Source of the DNA: a virus | IMG/VR virus record: IMGVR_UViG_3300027886_000012 | Reading direction: 5' to 3' (one strand) | Length of the DNA: 30,130 nucleotides | Part shown: positions 1 to 7,559 of the stretch, piece by piece | Numbering within the stretch: position 1 is the stretch's first letter | Layout: every line of letters starts with the position of its first letter | The notes under the pieces: model-generated | Told to the model about the DNA's origin: nothing | The model's input: only the letters and a program-made list of their open reading frames with translations | Database searches by the model: none | Position numbers and translations under genes: made by a program

Positions 1-59
1 ATATCGCTAGCGATATAGCAACAATAGCTTTTTTTATTCTCTCGCTTTGTAAAAAAACA

Positions 60-875
60 ATGACCCAACTAATTGAAGAAGAACCTAAATTACTTGTACT
101 CAGTGAAAGATGGACAAAGATTGCAAACATATTACCTGCCAGTGGTGGACTATCATTTGGCCATGTAGATAACCCGCATCTGTTAATTAATCCAAAACAA
201 TTTCTTGCTGTAGTACAAAAGAGCCTCAAGACTTGTGAAGAATTTTTGACAACTTTACAGGATATTGAAGACGGACTAGAAAAAAGAATTAGAGGTATTA
301 CTAGCTATTATTCGATAGTAGTGGCTATTGAAAGAGATACTTCTTATCAACAATATGGTGGCCTTCCAGTAAGTGTTAGTGGTGCAACTGTATCATTAAA
401 TTTAGCCAGTACTAATGATGGAGCATATGCCATGGTGGCGAACTCTGACTACGAACGTCCACAAAGAAAACCACAAACAAAAAAACAGGTAACTAAAACA
501 GAATCAGCTATCTTTGAAAGACATGGTGACGCAATAATATACAATCATAGAATGCTATCCGACCCAGAAATCATATCCTTCAATATGGCGCTGAATATTC
601 TGACAAAGCTATACAGCATGCGCAAAATAATAATGGAATCAATTGCAAAATTTGGTTCCGTTGAAGAAGTATTATCGGCTGGTGATGTCTTTAGCACTAC
701 AACAAAAATTGACTATTATGAAGAACATGCATTACAAACAAGTGTTACACGAGAATTAATACCAATTGACTCATATTGGTCGACTTTGTCTTCAGTAAAT
801 CGTATGAGAGCGCTCAATGATAAACTAAAGCCACACTTACAGAACTTGCTTCCAAAAACAAAAAAGAAGAATTAA
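60..875 (+). CDS. Hypothetical protein, 271 aa
   Basis: Long ATG ORF with typical composition; no motif recognised. Confidence 0.75.
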   Translation: MTQLIEEEPKLLVLSERWTKIANILPASGGLSFGHVDNPHLLINPKQFLAVVQKSLKTCEEFLTTLQDIEDGLEKRIRGITSYYSIVVAIERDTSYQQYGGLPVSVSGATVSLNLASTNDGAYAMVANSDYERPQRKPQTKKQVTKTESAIFERHGDAIIYNHRMLSDPEIISFNMALNILTKLYSMRKIIMESIAKFGSVEEVLSAGDVFSTTTKIDYYEEHALQTSVTRELIPIDSYWSTLSSVNRMRALNDKLKPHLQNLLPKTKKKN

Positions 876-876
876 G

Positions 877-892
877 GGAACGGCAACGTTCC
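877..892 (+). terminator. Short hairpin GGAACG-GCAA-CGTTCC (GNRA tetraloop) right after a stop codon
   Basis: Perfect 6-bp stem with GCAA loop, 2 nt after the stop of 60..875 and followed by AT-rich sequence. Confidence 0.4.
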
Positions 893-905
893 ATTTATAT
901 ACAAT

Positions 906-1124
906 GTGATAGAAAGTACTAGTAGATTGATTGCGCTTATAATTCTCGGTGTCGTATTGCTCGTACTTGGTATTGTCTTAGGACATTTCTTCCCTAACCG
1001 ATATTGGATAGCTTTAATCGCTTTGGGTATAGTATTAATGATAATAGGAGTTATATTTTTGCTTTTACCATCGGTAGGCTCACTTGATGTAGATATGATA
1101 CTGCCACGTGCATTATCAAACTAA
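906..1124 (+). CDS. Small membrane protein with two predicted TM helices
   Basis: Two long hydrophobic stretches (LIALIILGVVLLVLGIVLGHFF; WIALIALGIVLMIIGVIFLLL); GTG start. Confidence 0.7.
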   Translation: MIESTSRLIALIILGVVLLVLGIVLGHFFPNRYWIALIALGIVLMIIGVIFLLLPSVGSLDVDMILPRALSN

Positions 1125-1225
1125 ACTATTTTATTTTTTAAAAACTCTGGAAAAATACCATTCTTCATACACCAGACCCATAGTATTCTATCAACCTCTT
1201 TTTTCTGTTTGTTAGTTAATTTCAT
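1121..1225 (-). CDS. Microprotein, 34 aa (MKLTNKQKKEVDRILWVWCMKNGIFPEFLKNKIV)
   Basis: Translated by hand; ATGA overlap with the upstream ORF. Confidence 0.5.
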   Translation of the reverse strand: MKLTNKQKKEVDRILWVWCMKNGIFPEFLKNKIV

Positions 1226-1305
1226 TTCTTATGACACCCGCACTTACATTTTGATGTCCAGAATTGATTTTCTGACTCGTGTCCACACTTATCACACTTA
1301 GACAA
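1222..1305 (-). CDS. Cys-rich microprotein, 27 aa (MSKCDKCGHESENQFWTSKCKCGCHKK)
   Basis: Translated by hand; TTG start overlapping the end of the SLOG gene; CxxC plus CxCxCH. Confidence 0.5.
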   Translation of the reverse strand: MSKCDKCGHESENQFWTSKCKCGCHKK

Positions 1306-1675
1306 TTATCACTTCAGCTTTGGGATGATATTCTTTAAACTTTCTTATAGTATAATTTGTGCCACCTGTTTGGTGTGTTACAGTCATCGGGTCAACACAG
1401 GCTATTAGAATATCAGCGTCTTTAGCTATTCTATCATTTCTTTCTCGATACAACCAAGGATTGTATCCATTTGAAAAATCAGGAGTGTAGCTTTTATCAT
1501 CAAATTCCACGCCGTATTTTTCAGCTATCCTCTTTGCAAATTTATCACCGCCTTTTTTGGCGCCACCTGAAATTATCTTAGCGTCTGGACTTTGTAGATT
1601 AAGAAACGCATTTTCTACTAGAAGATAGTCTTCATGAGAATTTCTAGTTCTAGCTCCGACTATTGCTACTATCAT
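1298..1675 (-). CDS. SLOG-superfamily protein (YspA/DUF2493-like)
   Basis: IVAIVGART, IISGGAKKGGDKFAK, RERNDRIAKDADILIA, GGTNYTI match the SLOG/DprA-like Rossmannoid pattern; start placed at ATG 1675 (ATGA coupling). Confidence 0.7.
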   Translation of the reverse strand: MIVAIVGARTRNSHEDYLLVENAFLNLQSPDAKIISGGAKKGGDKFAKRIAEKYGVEFDDKSYTPDFSNGYNPWLYRERNDRIAKDADILIACVDPMTVTHQTGGTNYTIRKFKEYHPKAEVIIV

Positions 1676-1809
1676 TTTTTCTCTTTCCATAATCTTACTA
1701 TCTCTAATTTTAAATCATTCAATTCTTTTATAACAGAGAATTTTATTTCTGGATTTTCTTGGATTTTACTTATCATGCCCATTAGATACCCAGCTTCAAA
1801 GGCATTCAT
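1672..1809 (-). CDS. Microprotein, 45 aa (MNAFEAGYLMGMISKIQENPEIKFSVIKELNDLKLEIVRLWKEKK)
   Basis: Translated by hand; 4-nt ATGA overlaps at both ends. Confidence 0.6.
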   Translation of the reverse strand: MNAFEAGYLMGMISKIQENPEIKFSVIKELNDLKLEIVRLWKEKK

Positions 1810-2477
1810 TTTTTCTTAGGAAACTCCGCTTCAGTGTACACCTTTTGTTTAGCTTCGGGATACTTTACTTTATCCCAGTGTTCTCCATGCTTGCCCCGCT
1901 TTACACTTCTTAGCGCGTAATTACAAAAACTACAATACTTTAACGGAGAATCTATTGGAAATACAGCCCTGCATCCATTACAGTATTTTGTTTTTGTATA
2001 CACTGGTCTTCCATGATGGTCTTCATATTTTCTTCGATTCTCAAATTTTAGTATTTCAGTATGACACTTTGGACATAATCTTGGTATATGGCCAGGATTT
2101 CTAGTAATCCACTGATGGTCACAAACATTGCATTTTAACATATAATGTTTTGTTGGTTCTAGCTGGAACTCTTGCTTTGGCTCTGACTTCTTTTCTAAAT
2201 CTAAATAAGTCGGGCCACAGGGAACGTAATCATCTTTATTATAAAGCGCGCGCATTTTTCTAACCCTAGCTCCATGTAAAACGGCATCTTGCCCGTAGTC
2301 TGGCTTTGGTATATCACTTGGTACATCATTCCATCTTCTTGATTTACATTTAGCGCAGTGAAGTGGCGGGCTTTCTGCTGTGCGATTATTTCCTTTATCT
2401 GGAACCCAAATATGCCCGCACCTATTGCACATAAAGGCATAGTCGTAAGACTTGATGTAGTTAGTGATTATGGCCAT
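1806..2477 (-). CDS. Multi-zinc-finger protein (three CxxC...CxxC units)
   Basis: CNRCGHIW...CAKCKSRRW, CNVCDHQW...CPKCH, CNGC...CSFC; the first two units are repeats of one motif. Confidence 0.75.
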   Translation of the reverse strand: MAIITNYIKSYDYAFMCNRCGHIWVPDKGNNRTAESPPLHCAKCKSRRWNDVPSDIPKPDYGQDAVLHGARVRKMRALYNKDDYVPCGPTYLDLEKKSEPKQEFQLEPTKHYMLKCNVCDHQWITRNPGHIPRLCPKCHTEILKFENRRKYEDHHGRPVYTKTKYCNGCRAVFPIDSPLKYCSFCNYALRSVKRGKHGEHWDKVKYPEAKQKVYTEAEFPKKK

Positions 2478-2484
2478 ACTTCAT

Positions 2485-3174
2485 CTAAATCTGCCCAGTA
2501 ATCTTTTTGATTATCTTGTCTCTGTCATTTCCACACATTCTGGCAATCTGGACGCAGTCTCTTATGTTCGGGTTGCTTATTGTATCAAAGACACATTCTC
2601 CGATAAACTCTGCAATCTCTTCTGTCACATTCTCTGTCTTTAGCTTTAACACTGTGATGTCCACAAATTCATCTCTTTGATATTCTTTCATCCTGATTAT
2701 CCAGAATCTTGATAGTAGTGCTGGTAGAATCCCTTTTGTGTTATTGGATGTAGCAATTACAGTTGTCTTAATCTCCATAGTTCCTCTCTTCTTTTTGTAC
2801 AGAGTTTCTGATACCATGCCACCTTCACATATGGATAGTAACAAAGTCTGGTCTTTTCTTGGCATCGTTTCAAGCTCATCAATTCCCAGAAATTCCAAGT
2901 TCGGGTTTTTGATTAACATATCACCAAGTCCAGCTCTTGATGTTCTACCACCTATGGCCAAGTGAAATTGTTTGCCATAGAATCTCTGCATATCTAACAG
3001 GAACTGTGTCTTTGCTATTGATACGGGTCCGACTAACAGTATATGTACTGGCTTTGGTGCATTGATAGCATCCATTATAGTTTCCTTTATTGCGTCGTGA
3101 CCAATTATGTTGTCAAACAGTTTTGCTTTTGGCTCTCCACCAAACGCATTTTTCACAAGTTGTCTTAGATTCAT
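2485..3174 (-). CDS. Stand-alone MCM-like AAA+ ATPase lacking the N-terminal domain
   Basis: HILLVGPVSIAKTQ (MCM-type Walker A with AK[ST]Q), TSRAGL, LGIDE (Walker B), VIATSN (sensor I), LLSRF (Arg finger). Confidence 0.7.
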   Translation of the reverse strand: MNLRQLVKNAFGGEPKAKLFDNIIGHDAIKETIMDAINAPKPVHILLVGPVSIAKTQFLLDMQRFYGKQFHLAIGGRTSRAGLGDMLIKNPNLEFLGIDELETMPRKDQTLLLSICEGGMVSETLYKKKRGTMEIKTTVIATSNNTKGILPALLSRFWIIRMKEYQRDEFVDITVLKLKTENVTEEIAEFIGECVFDTISNPNIRDCVQIARMCGNDRDKIIKKITGQI

Positions 3175-3318
3175 ATTCTATTCTACAGCTCCTCTCTCTT
3201 CGAAATACTTAAGGTGTTGGTAAAATTGTTCTGTGTCAATTCTCCATGTGTGGATTTAGACGGGGATATATTATGCATGATGAGACGACCGATTATTCTG
3301 CAAGAAACAATGGCCAAT

Positions 3319-3471
3319 TCATATATCCCCATTGTCTACCACCTTCATCGTATAGTACTCGGTCGTTCTTAGCTCAAACAGATGTTTGTTACAAACAGCT
3401 TTGCCCTTGTAAGATGAATCAGCTTTGCGCTTGCATCTCTGTCCACTCTCTGCAAACTTGCAAGTTGTCAT
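3319..3471 (-). CDS. Microprotein, 50 aa, C-C-C-H zinc-binding pattern (MTTCKF...RCKR...VCNKH)
   Basis: Translated by hand; ATGA overlap with the stop of the Cas4-like gene. Confidence 0.55.
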   Translation of the reverse strand: MTTCKFAESGQRCKRKADSSYKGKAVCNKHLFELRTTEYYTMKVVDNGDI

Positions 3472-4184
3472 TTTGGAAACATGCCCTCCCTTTCTTTTGT
3501 CCTAAGTGCTTCACATTCCTTAGCATATGGACAGTATCTGCACTGCCAGTTGTATTCTTCTTCATAGGCAATATGTCTTGCAATATTCGGGTCTTTGCGT
3601 TCGATAGCTTGCTTTAGTAATATTGCATCAGCCGTTAGCTTTGCTAACGTCTGTTCTCTCTGTGCCTTTGTCATTGTATGATTAAACTCTAAGAACGGTG
3701 TGTCACCAAAGTGTAACAAGCACTGTACGAGTATCTTACCCTTATCGCTGTCTGTCATTGCCATGTAAGCTTCAAGCTGACGAACGAAGTGAATCTTGGA
3801 CTTCTTTTTATCTGGATTTCGACCGAATAAGTCTTCTTCCTTCAAGTCTGCAATCCTGGCCGATTTGGCTTCAATTGGCATCCCTAATTCTTTATCGAAG
3901 ATATCAATGTGAGCTTCAAGTTCTCCAAGTTTTACTTCTTTCTCAATTTCAAACCTGTGCGGATATTTTTTAACCAAAGTCTGTAAAGCTCCATGTATAG
4001 CCTTTCCACTGGTAAAGAAGTTCAACTGTACATTATTCAACGGTAGCGGGTCAATCTTTTCATAGCATTTTTTCCTTGGACATAATAGTACATCTGATAC
4101 ATGAGTACCCTCTCTCGGTCTGTCGTACTCTTCATAAAGAGCATTGTACAGAATATTTAATAATTCCATTTGTGTTTCTTGCAT
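3468..4184 (-). CDS. cas4: Solo Cas4-like PD-(D/E)XK nuclease with 4Fe-4S cysteines
   Basis: THVSDVLLCPRK, GKAIH, HIDIFD, IEAKS, RQLEAY, CRYCPYAKEC; no cas1/cas2 or array nearby. Confidence 0.8.
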   Translation of the reverse strand: MQETQMELLNILYNALYEEYDRPREGTHVSDVLLCPRKKCYEKIDPLPLNNVQLNFFTSGKAIHGALQTLVKKYPHRFEIEKEVKLGELEAHIDIFDKELGMPIEAKSARIADLKEEDLFGRNPDKKKSKIHFVRQLEAYMAMTDSDKGKILVQCLLHFGDTPFLEFNHTMTKAQREQTLAKLTADAILLKQAIERKDPNIARHIAYEEEYNWQCRYCPYAKECEALRTKEREGMFPK

Positions 4185-4249
4185 TATTCTCTATAACCCC
4201 GCACTAATAAATAGGATTTTTGTAAGATTGTTCTAGTACTGTGTTTCAT
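4184..4249 (-). CDS. Possible 21-aa micro-ORF (MKHSTRTILQKSYLLVRGYRE)
   Basis: ATGA and TAATG coupling at both ends, but it also contains an operator-like half-site (4221-4236). Confidence 0.3.
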   Translation of the reverse strand: MKHSTRTILQKSYLLVRGYRE

Positions 4250-4323
4250 AGCCAGACACCAATTCCAATTCCCAACATTATACCTGATAGCATGTACAGT
4301 ATTCTCATTCTATACTCTGTCAA
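4246..4323 (-). CDS. 25-aa single-TM microprotein (MTEYRMRILYMLSGIMLGIGIGVWL)
   Basis: TTGA-coupled start with GGAGG SD upstream; hydrophobic helix. Confidence 0.5.
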   Translation of the reverse strand: MTEYRMRILYMLSGIMLGIGIGVWL

Positions 4324-4448
4324 TATTTAACAGCCTCCGCATAGCAATAACGGCATAAGGGTTTTCCCTTTTTGTCGTATAATGCTTCATTTTTTCCTAC
4401 TTCTGTTTCAAGCTCAATCTTGCATTTAGAGCATTTTGTCTTTGTCAT
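4320..4448 (-). CDS. 42-aa zinc-finger microprotein (CSKC...CRYC)
   Basis: Translated by hand; TAATG coupling; GGGAG SD. Confidence 0.65.
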   Translation of the reverse strand: MTKTKCSKCKIELETEVGKNEALYDKKGKPLCRYCYAEAVKY

Positions 4449-4615
4449 TATTCCCAAATCTCCCAAGTTTCATTCACGCCATCCCATCTCATAACTATGG
4501 TATTGTGACCATCCAAGATGATTTTCTCAAGTGCTGTGCCACACCAGTTACATGCTGTTTGATACTGTTCGTATAGTTTTGAGCAGTGTTGGCATCTATA
4601 AAATGTTAAAGTCAT
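4448..4615 (-). CDS. 55-aa zinc-ribbon microprotein (CQHC...CNWCG)
   Basis: Translated by hand; ATGA coupling; GAGGGG SD. Confidence 0.65.
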   Translation of the reverse strand: MTLTFYRCQHCSKLYEQYQTACNWCGTALEKIILDGHNTIVMRWDGVNETWEIWE

Positions 4616-4758
4616 TCTATAACATTCCCCTCTTCATCAGTAAACGTTCCCTGACAAGTCATTATTTTTTGCCATTGCTCCCAGCATGAGGCCCACATTT
4701 CGTTTGTATGTTCATCGGCTGGTCTATCACAATTTGCACAAGTAGGTATAGCGTTCAT
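4612..4758 (-). CDS. 48-aa Cys/His microprotein (CANC..H..C)
   Basis: Translated by hand; ATGA overlaps at both ends. Confidence 0.6.
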   Translation of the reverse strand: MNAIPTCANCDRPADEHTNEMWASCWEQWQKIMTCQGTFTDEEGNVIE

Positions 4759-4913
4759 AGCAATTCACTTTTCTCCAACAAGAATGTTTCTTCTGTTTGT
4801 GCATCATCAATAAACAAGCCCCAAGCTAATCTTATGTGTCTGTACGCTTCTCTCTTGCCTTCTATTTTCTCGCCACAACACTTACAGGTAAATATTGAAT
4901 CTTCTTTACTCAT
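4755..4913 (-). CDS. 52-aa microprotein with CxCC...H motif
   Basis: Translated by hand (MSKEDSIFTCKCCGEK...); GGGGGAG SD upstream. Confidence 0.6.
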   Translation of the reverse strand: MSKEDSIFTCKCCGEKIEGKREAYRHIRLAWGLFIDDAQTEETFLLEKSELL

Positions 4914-4914
4914 T

Positions 4915-5079
4915 TTATTCTCCCCCTACCTTAAAGCCGTGTTTTGTGATGTTAATACTCAAAGTCGCTGTAAACTCACACTGACACTGTGTACAAATAA
5001 AGTCCTGACCGACATTGTCGTCAAGCTTTGTGGGCCAGAAACACAAGTTCTCGCACTCTGGACAAGGTAATGTTGTCAT
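4915..5079 (-). CDS. 54-aa zinc-ribbon microprotein (CPEC...CTQC)
   Basis: Translated by hand; starts 24 nt after the PCNA stop. Confidence 0.65.
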   Translation of the reverse strand: MTTLPCPECENLCFWPTKLDDNVGQDFICTQCQCEFTATLSINITKHGFKVGGE

Positions 5080-5102
5080 CTATCTTATCACCAAAAGAAA
5101 GT

Positions 5103-5915
5103 TTAGTCCTGCACTCTCGGTGCTAGGTAGAAGTGTATTGTGCCGACATTGTTGTATCTTACTTCTATTTTCATTGGCATCTTTGTGCTGTATTCTATGG
5201 CAAGTGTGTCATATTTGTGGCTCATTACTGGCTTTATTGCTGTTATGAACTTCTTTAGATATTCATTTGAGTAGGTAGACATTGAGTTTTCTTTTATCTG
5301 CAACTGGTCTAGATAATTATAGGTTTCAAATTTGTTTTCTACTTCTCCTGAATCATCTTTTGAGCTTAGAGTCACTACGTTTTCGTTTGTGTCAATACGA
5401 ACATAGTCCTTAAGTGCTAGGAATTTCAGTATTTTCTTGATTCCTTCAGCGTTCAAGTTCATTTTGGCATTAAAGTTCAATTTTGGCAGTGGTGTCGTAC
5501 CTCCCATAGCTTCAAGTAATCTTATACTTGCTTTTTGACCTTCTTGCTTCAAGTGAAGCATGCCTTGTTCAAATACGAATTTTATTTCTTGTTTTTGCTC
5601 AAAGGTTCTTAGAATCTTACAAAGTTCGTCGAGATTGATTCCAAATTTTAATTCTCTGTCTACTTGTGTATAGTCATAAAAGGCATTGTATGGTATAGAC
5701 ACGTCAATTAAAGCAACGTGACTTGGGTCCATAGTCCTTATGTGCATTCCTTCGCTGTCAATTACGATGGTAGCTTCTTCGACCAGTGTACTTGTGGCTT
5801 GAAAAACGGCAAGTATTTCACTTGTGGTCTTTGCTACGAACATAGGTACCTGAATTATACAAGCTGAACTATTTTGTGCTTGTAGTTGTTGGTCATTGTT
5901 GTTTATTTCTTGCAT
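5103..5915 (-). CDS. pcn: Proliferating cell nuclear antigen (DNA sliding clamp)
   Basis: LVEEATIVIDSEGMHIRTMDPSHVALIDVSIP...FGINL and C-terminal FYLAPRV are canonical PCNA motifs; about 24-aa polar N-terminal extension. Confidence 0.95.
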   Translation of the reverse strand: MQEINNNDQQLQAQNSSACIIQVPMFVAKTTSEILAVFQATSTLVEEATIVIDSEGMHIRTMDPSHVALIDVSIPYNAFYDYTQVDRELKFGINLDELCKILRTFEQKQEIKFVFEQGMLHLKQEGQKASIRLLEAMGGTTPLPKLNFNAKMNLNAEGIKKILKFLALKDYVRIDTNENVVTLSSKDDSGEVENKFETYNYLDQLQIKENSMSTYSNEYLKKFITAIKPVMSHKYDTLAIEYSTKMPMKIEVRYNNVGTIHFYLAPRVQD

Positions 5916-5956
5916 TAACTAGTTATGAACTAGTTTAAAATATAAAGTTTGTGGAG
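5916..5956 (-). promoter_or_regulatory. Archaeal promoter of the PCNA gene
   Basis: Minus strand CTCCACAAA-CTTTATATTTT-AAACTAGT...ATG; shares CTCCACAAA and AAACTAGT with the promoter at 11313-11339. Confidence 0.65.
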
Positions 5957-5981
5957 TTTAACCCTGTATCATTTTTCTGTA

Positions 5982-6161
5982 TCATTCTTCTAGTATTGTG
6001 ACTCTGACTTTTTTTCCAATTAAGGCTTTTGGAGCTGGTATATAGCCACTTGTCGACAATTTTCTAACTCTGGACAGATATTCCATTCCTTTAAATTTTA
6101 TAAGAAATTCTATAGGTTTTTCCTGTCCTTTTTCTTTCACTGTTTTACTGTTTATCTGCAT
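5982..6161 (-). CDS. DUF2080 / AbrB-like small DNA-binding protein, 59 aa
   Basis: Translated by hand: MQINSKTVKEKGQEKPIEFLIKFKGMEYLSRVRKLSTSGYIPAPKALIGKKVRVTILEE; the C-terminal half fits the swapped-hairpin pattern; own TATA at about 6198-6205. Confidence 0.6.
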   Translation of the reverse strand: MQINSKTVKEKGQEKPIEFLIKFKGMEYLSRVRKLSTSGYIPAPKALIGKKVRVTILEE

Positions 6162-6167
6162 TTTTAT

Positions 6168-6298
6168 TTTATCACTGATATAAATAACGACTAGGTTAAA
6201 TATAAATAACTATGGAAGAATCTTCTATATGATGTAATTTGACTTTATCACTGCGCAATTGAACTTTATCACTGCCGTTCATAGTAGTTTATCACTGC
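6168..6298. repeat. Direct-repeat array A: TTTATCACTG x4
   Basis: Copies start at 6168, 6244, 6265 and 6288; the last three are TTTATCACTGC. Confidence 0.85.
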
Positions 6299-6461
6299 GG
6301 GCCTTGTCTATCAGTGTCAATATCTCGCATAAACCGTCCATTCTACCAAGTTCGTAAGCCGTGGCGGGGTTGGTGTCTGCATCTTTGAATGTACTAAGTC
6401 GTTTATATCGCTCTATCTTGTCTGCAACTAGCTTTCTTAACGTCTTTTTGGTATTTGTCAA
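6279..6461 (-). CDS. Hypothetical protein, 60 aa
   Basis: TTGA-coupled start; last gene of the leftward chain. Confidence 0.6.
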   Translation of the reverse strand: MTNTKKTLRKLVADKIERYKRLSTFKDADTNPATAYELGRMDGLCEILTLIDKARSDKLL

Positions 6462-6823
6462 AGTCTTTTCATGCGCTCCAGCACCTTTTGATAAGCCTCA
6501 AGCCGTGCTTTTGGTATCAAACAAGCCTCTCCGACTTCAAATTCAATATCACTTTTTGCGTCTTCGACTTGTTTTTCTAACCATTCTTCTAAATCTTTCA
6601 ACACTAGCATCATATCTTTTATAATATTTCTAAGTCCTACCGAATTAATAAAGACTAAGTCTGTATATACTGAAAGATTATCCAGGTACCTGGATATAGA
6701 ACAATGTTCTATATTGCGATATAGGGCAGTACGACAAGTTCTACTCGCCTGAATACAATAAGAGCGGTAGATTAATGTCTTATCGTACTGTTTCCCTTCG
6801 CTTTGCGGGGCGGACTTTGTCAT
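6458..6823 (-). CDS. Hypothetical protein (121 aa; possibly only the last 51 aa from ATG 6613 are translated)
   Basis: ATGA-coupled start, but the central part consists of palindromic, promoter-like DNA. Confidence 0.5.
   Translation of the reverse strand: MTKSAPQSEGKQYDKTLIYRSYCIQASRTCRTALYRNIEHCSISRYLDNLSVYTDLVFINSVGLRNIIKDMMLVLKDLEEWLEKQVEDAKSDIEFEVGEACLIPKARLEAYQKVLERMKRL
6679..6714. promoter_or_regulatory. Two overlapping perfect palindromes (operator-like)
   Basis: TATCCAGGTACCTGGATA (6679-6696) and ATATAGAACA-A-TGTTCTATAT (6694-6714). Confidence 0.65.
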
Positions 6824-6972
6824 TTTTCGAATAGTTCCTCTATTGTCGGCGCTTCTCTTACACTTCTTATCAATATAGACAAGTAGCGCATCTTAAACAA
6901 GTCTGGATTTTTTTTCCTAGCTTCGTTTTTTAGTTGTCTTTCTAAGTCACATAAAGGTATCCATCTAGTCAT
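6820..6972 (-). CDS. Microprotein, 50 aa (MTRWIPLCDLERQLK...)
   Basis: Translated by hand; GAGGG SD; ATGA coupling downstream. Confidence 0.6.
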   Translation of the reverse strand: MTRWIPLCDLERQLKNEARKKNPDLFKMRYLSILIRSVREAPTIEELFEK

Positions 6973-6974
6973 TT

Positions 6975-7559
6975 TTATTCCAAGCCCTCAAACTCTAATG
7001 ACTTTGACAAATTTACTTCAATGTTCTTTGGTGTCGAAAAATCTACATCTGCATAAGATTCTACTCTGTGTGCTACTACTGACTTTAAACAGTCTTTGCA
7101 AATTGGTGTGCGTCCGACATAATCGAAGGATAAATCTACTAAGTGAGTAAATACGTCGTTCTTTCCTTTTTGATTCTCTAGACACCAAATACAGTGCTTA
7201 TGATAGCAATTTTTACAGAGGTTTTCTTCTGTTTTTCCAATTATGACCAGCTCAAAGCCCAGTTCTTTATTGTCAAAGTCACCATGTGCCCCGCACTCTA
7301 CGCAAGTACAAGTCGCTTTTATTACGTGCTTGACCGTTTTTTCTTCAAATATCTGGTATTGGTCAATTCCCTGTATCATATCCAAAGTACTGCCTGAATC
7401 CCATTGTACTGCTATATTGATACTGTCTAAGTTTCTGTATCTAAAGCGTACTGTGCCCAAGTCACCTTCCCTTAGCTTTGTGTATTTGTCGTTAGTATGG
7501 ATAAGTCTTATTCGCTTACCTGCTAGCGAATAATCAAATCCTTCAAATCTATCTGTCAA
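6975..7559 (-). CDS. DUF4314-like SH3-fold domain plus C-terminal CxxC zinc-binding region
   Basis: GKRIRLIHTND...GDLGTV...VQWDSGSTLDMIQGID; then CVEC, CKNC, CIWC, CKDC. Confidence 0.6.
   Translation of the reverse strand: MTDRFEGFDYSLAGKRIRLIHTNDKYTKLREGDLGTVRFRYRNLDSINIAVQWDSGSTLDMIQGIDQYQIFEEKTVKHVIKATCTCVECGAHGDFDNKELGFELVIIGKTEENLCKNCYHKHCIWCLENQKGKNDVFTHLVDLSFDYVGRTPICKDCLKSVVAHRVESYADVDFSTPKNIEVNLSKSLEFEGLE

Noticed and set aside
3177-3322. Possible small gene between the AAA+ gene and the 3319 micro-ORF
   Set aside because: The coupled ATG gives only 9 aa and the other frames lack a convincing start; cannot be called.
3468-4184. cas4 as part of a CRISPR-Cas locus
   Set aside because: No other cas genes or array; solo Cas4-like nucleases are common in archaeal viruses.
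2738-5248. Plus-strand ORFs 2738..2965, 3246..3617, 3698..3973, 4708..5070, 5015..5248
   Set aside because: Antisense to well-supported minus-strand genes or the microprotein chain; composition is typical of shadow frames.
6244-6298. TTATCAC as DnaA boxes
   Set aside because: Does not match TTATNCACA, and the context is archaeal.
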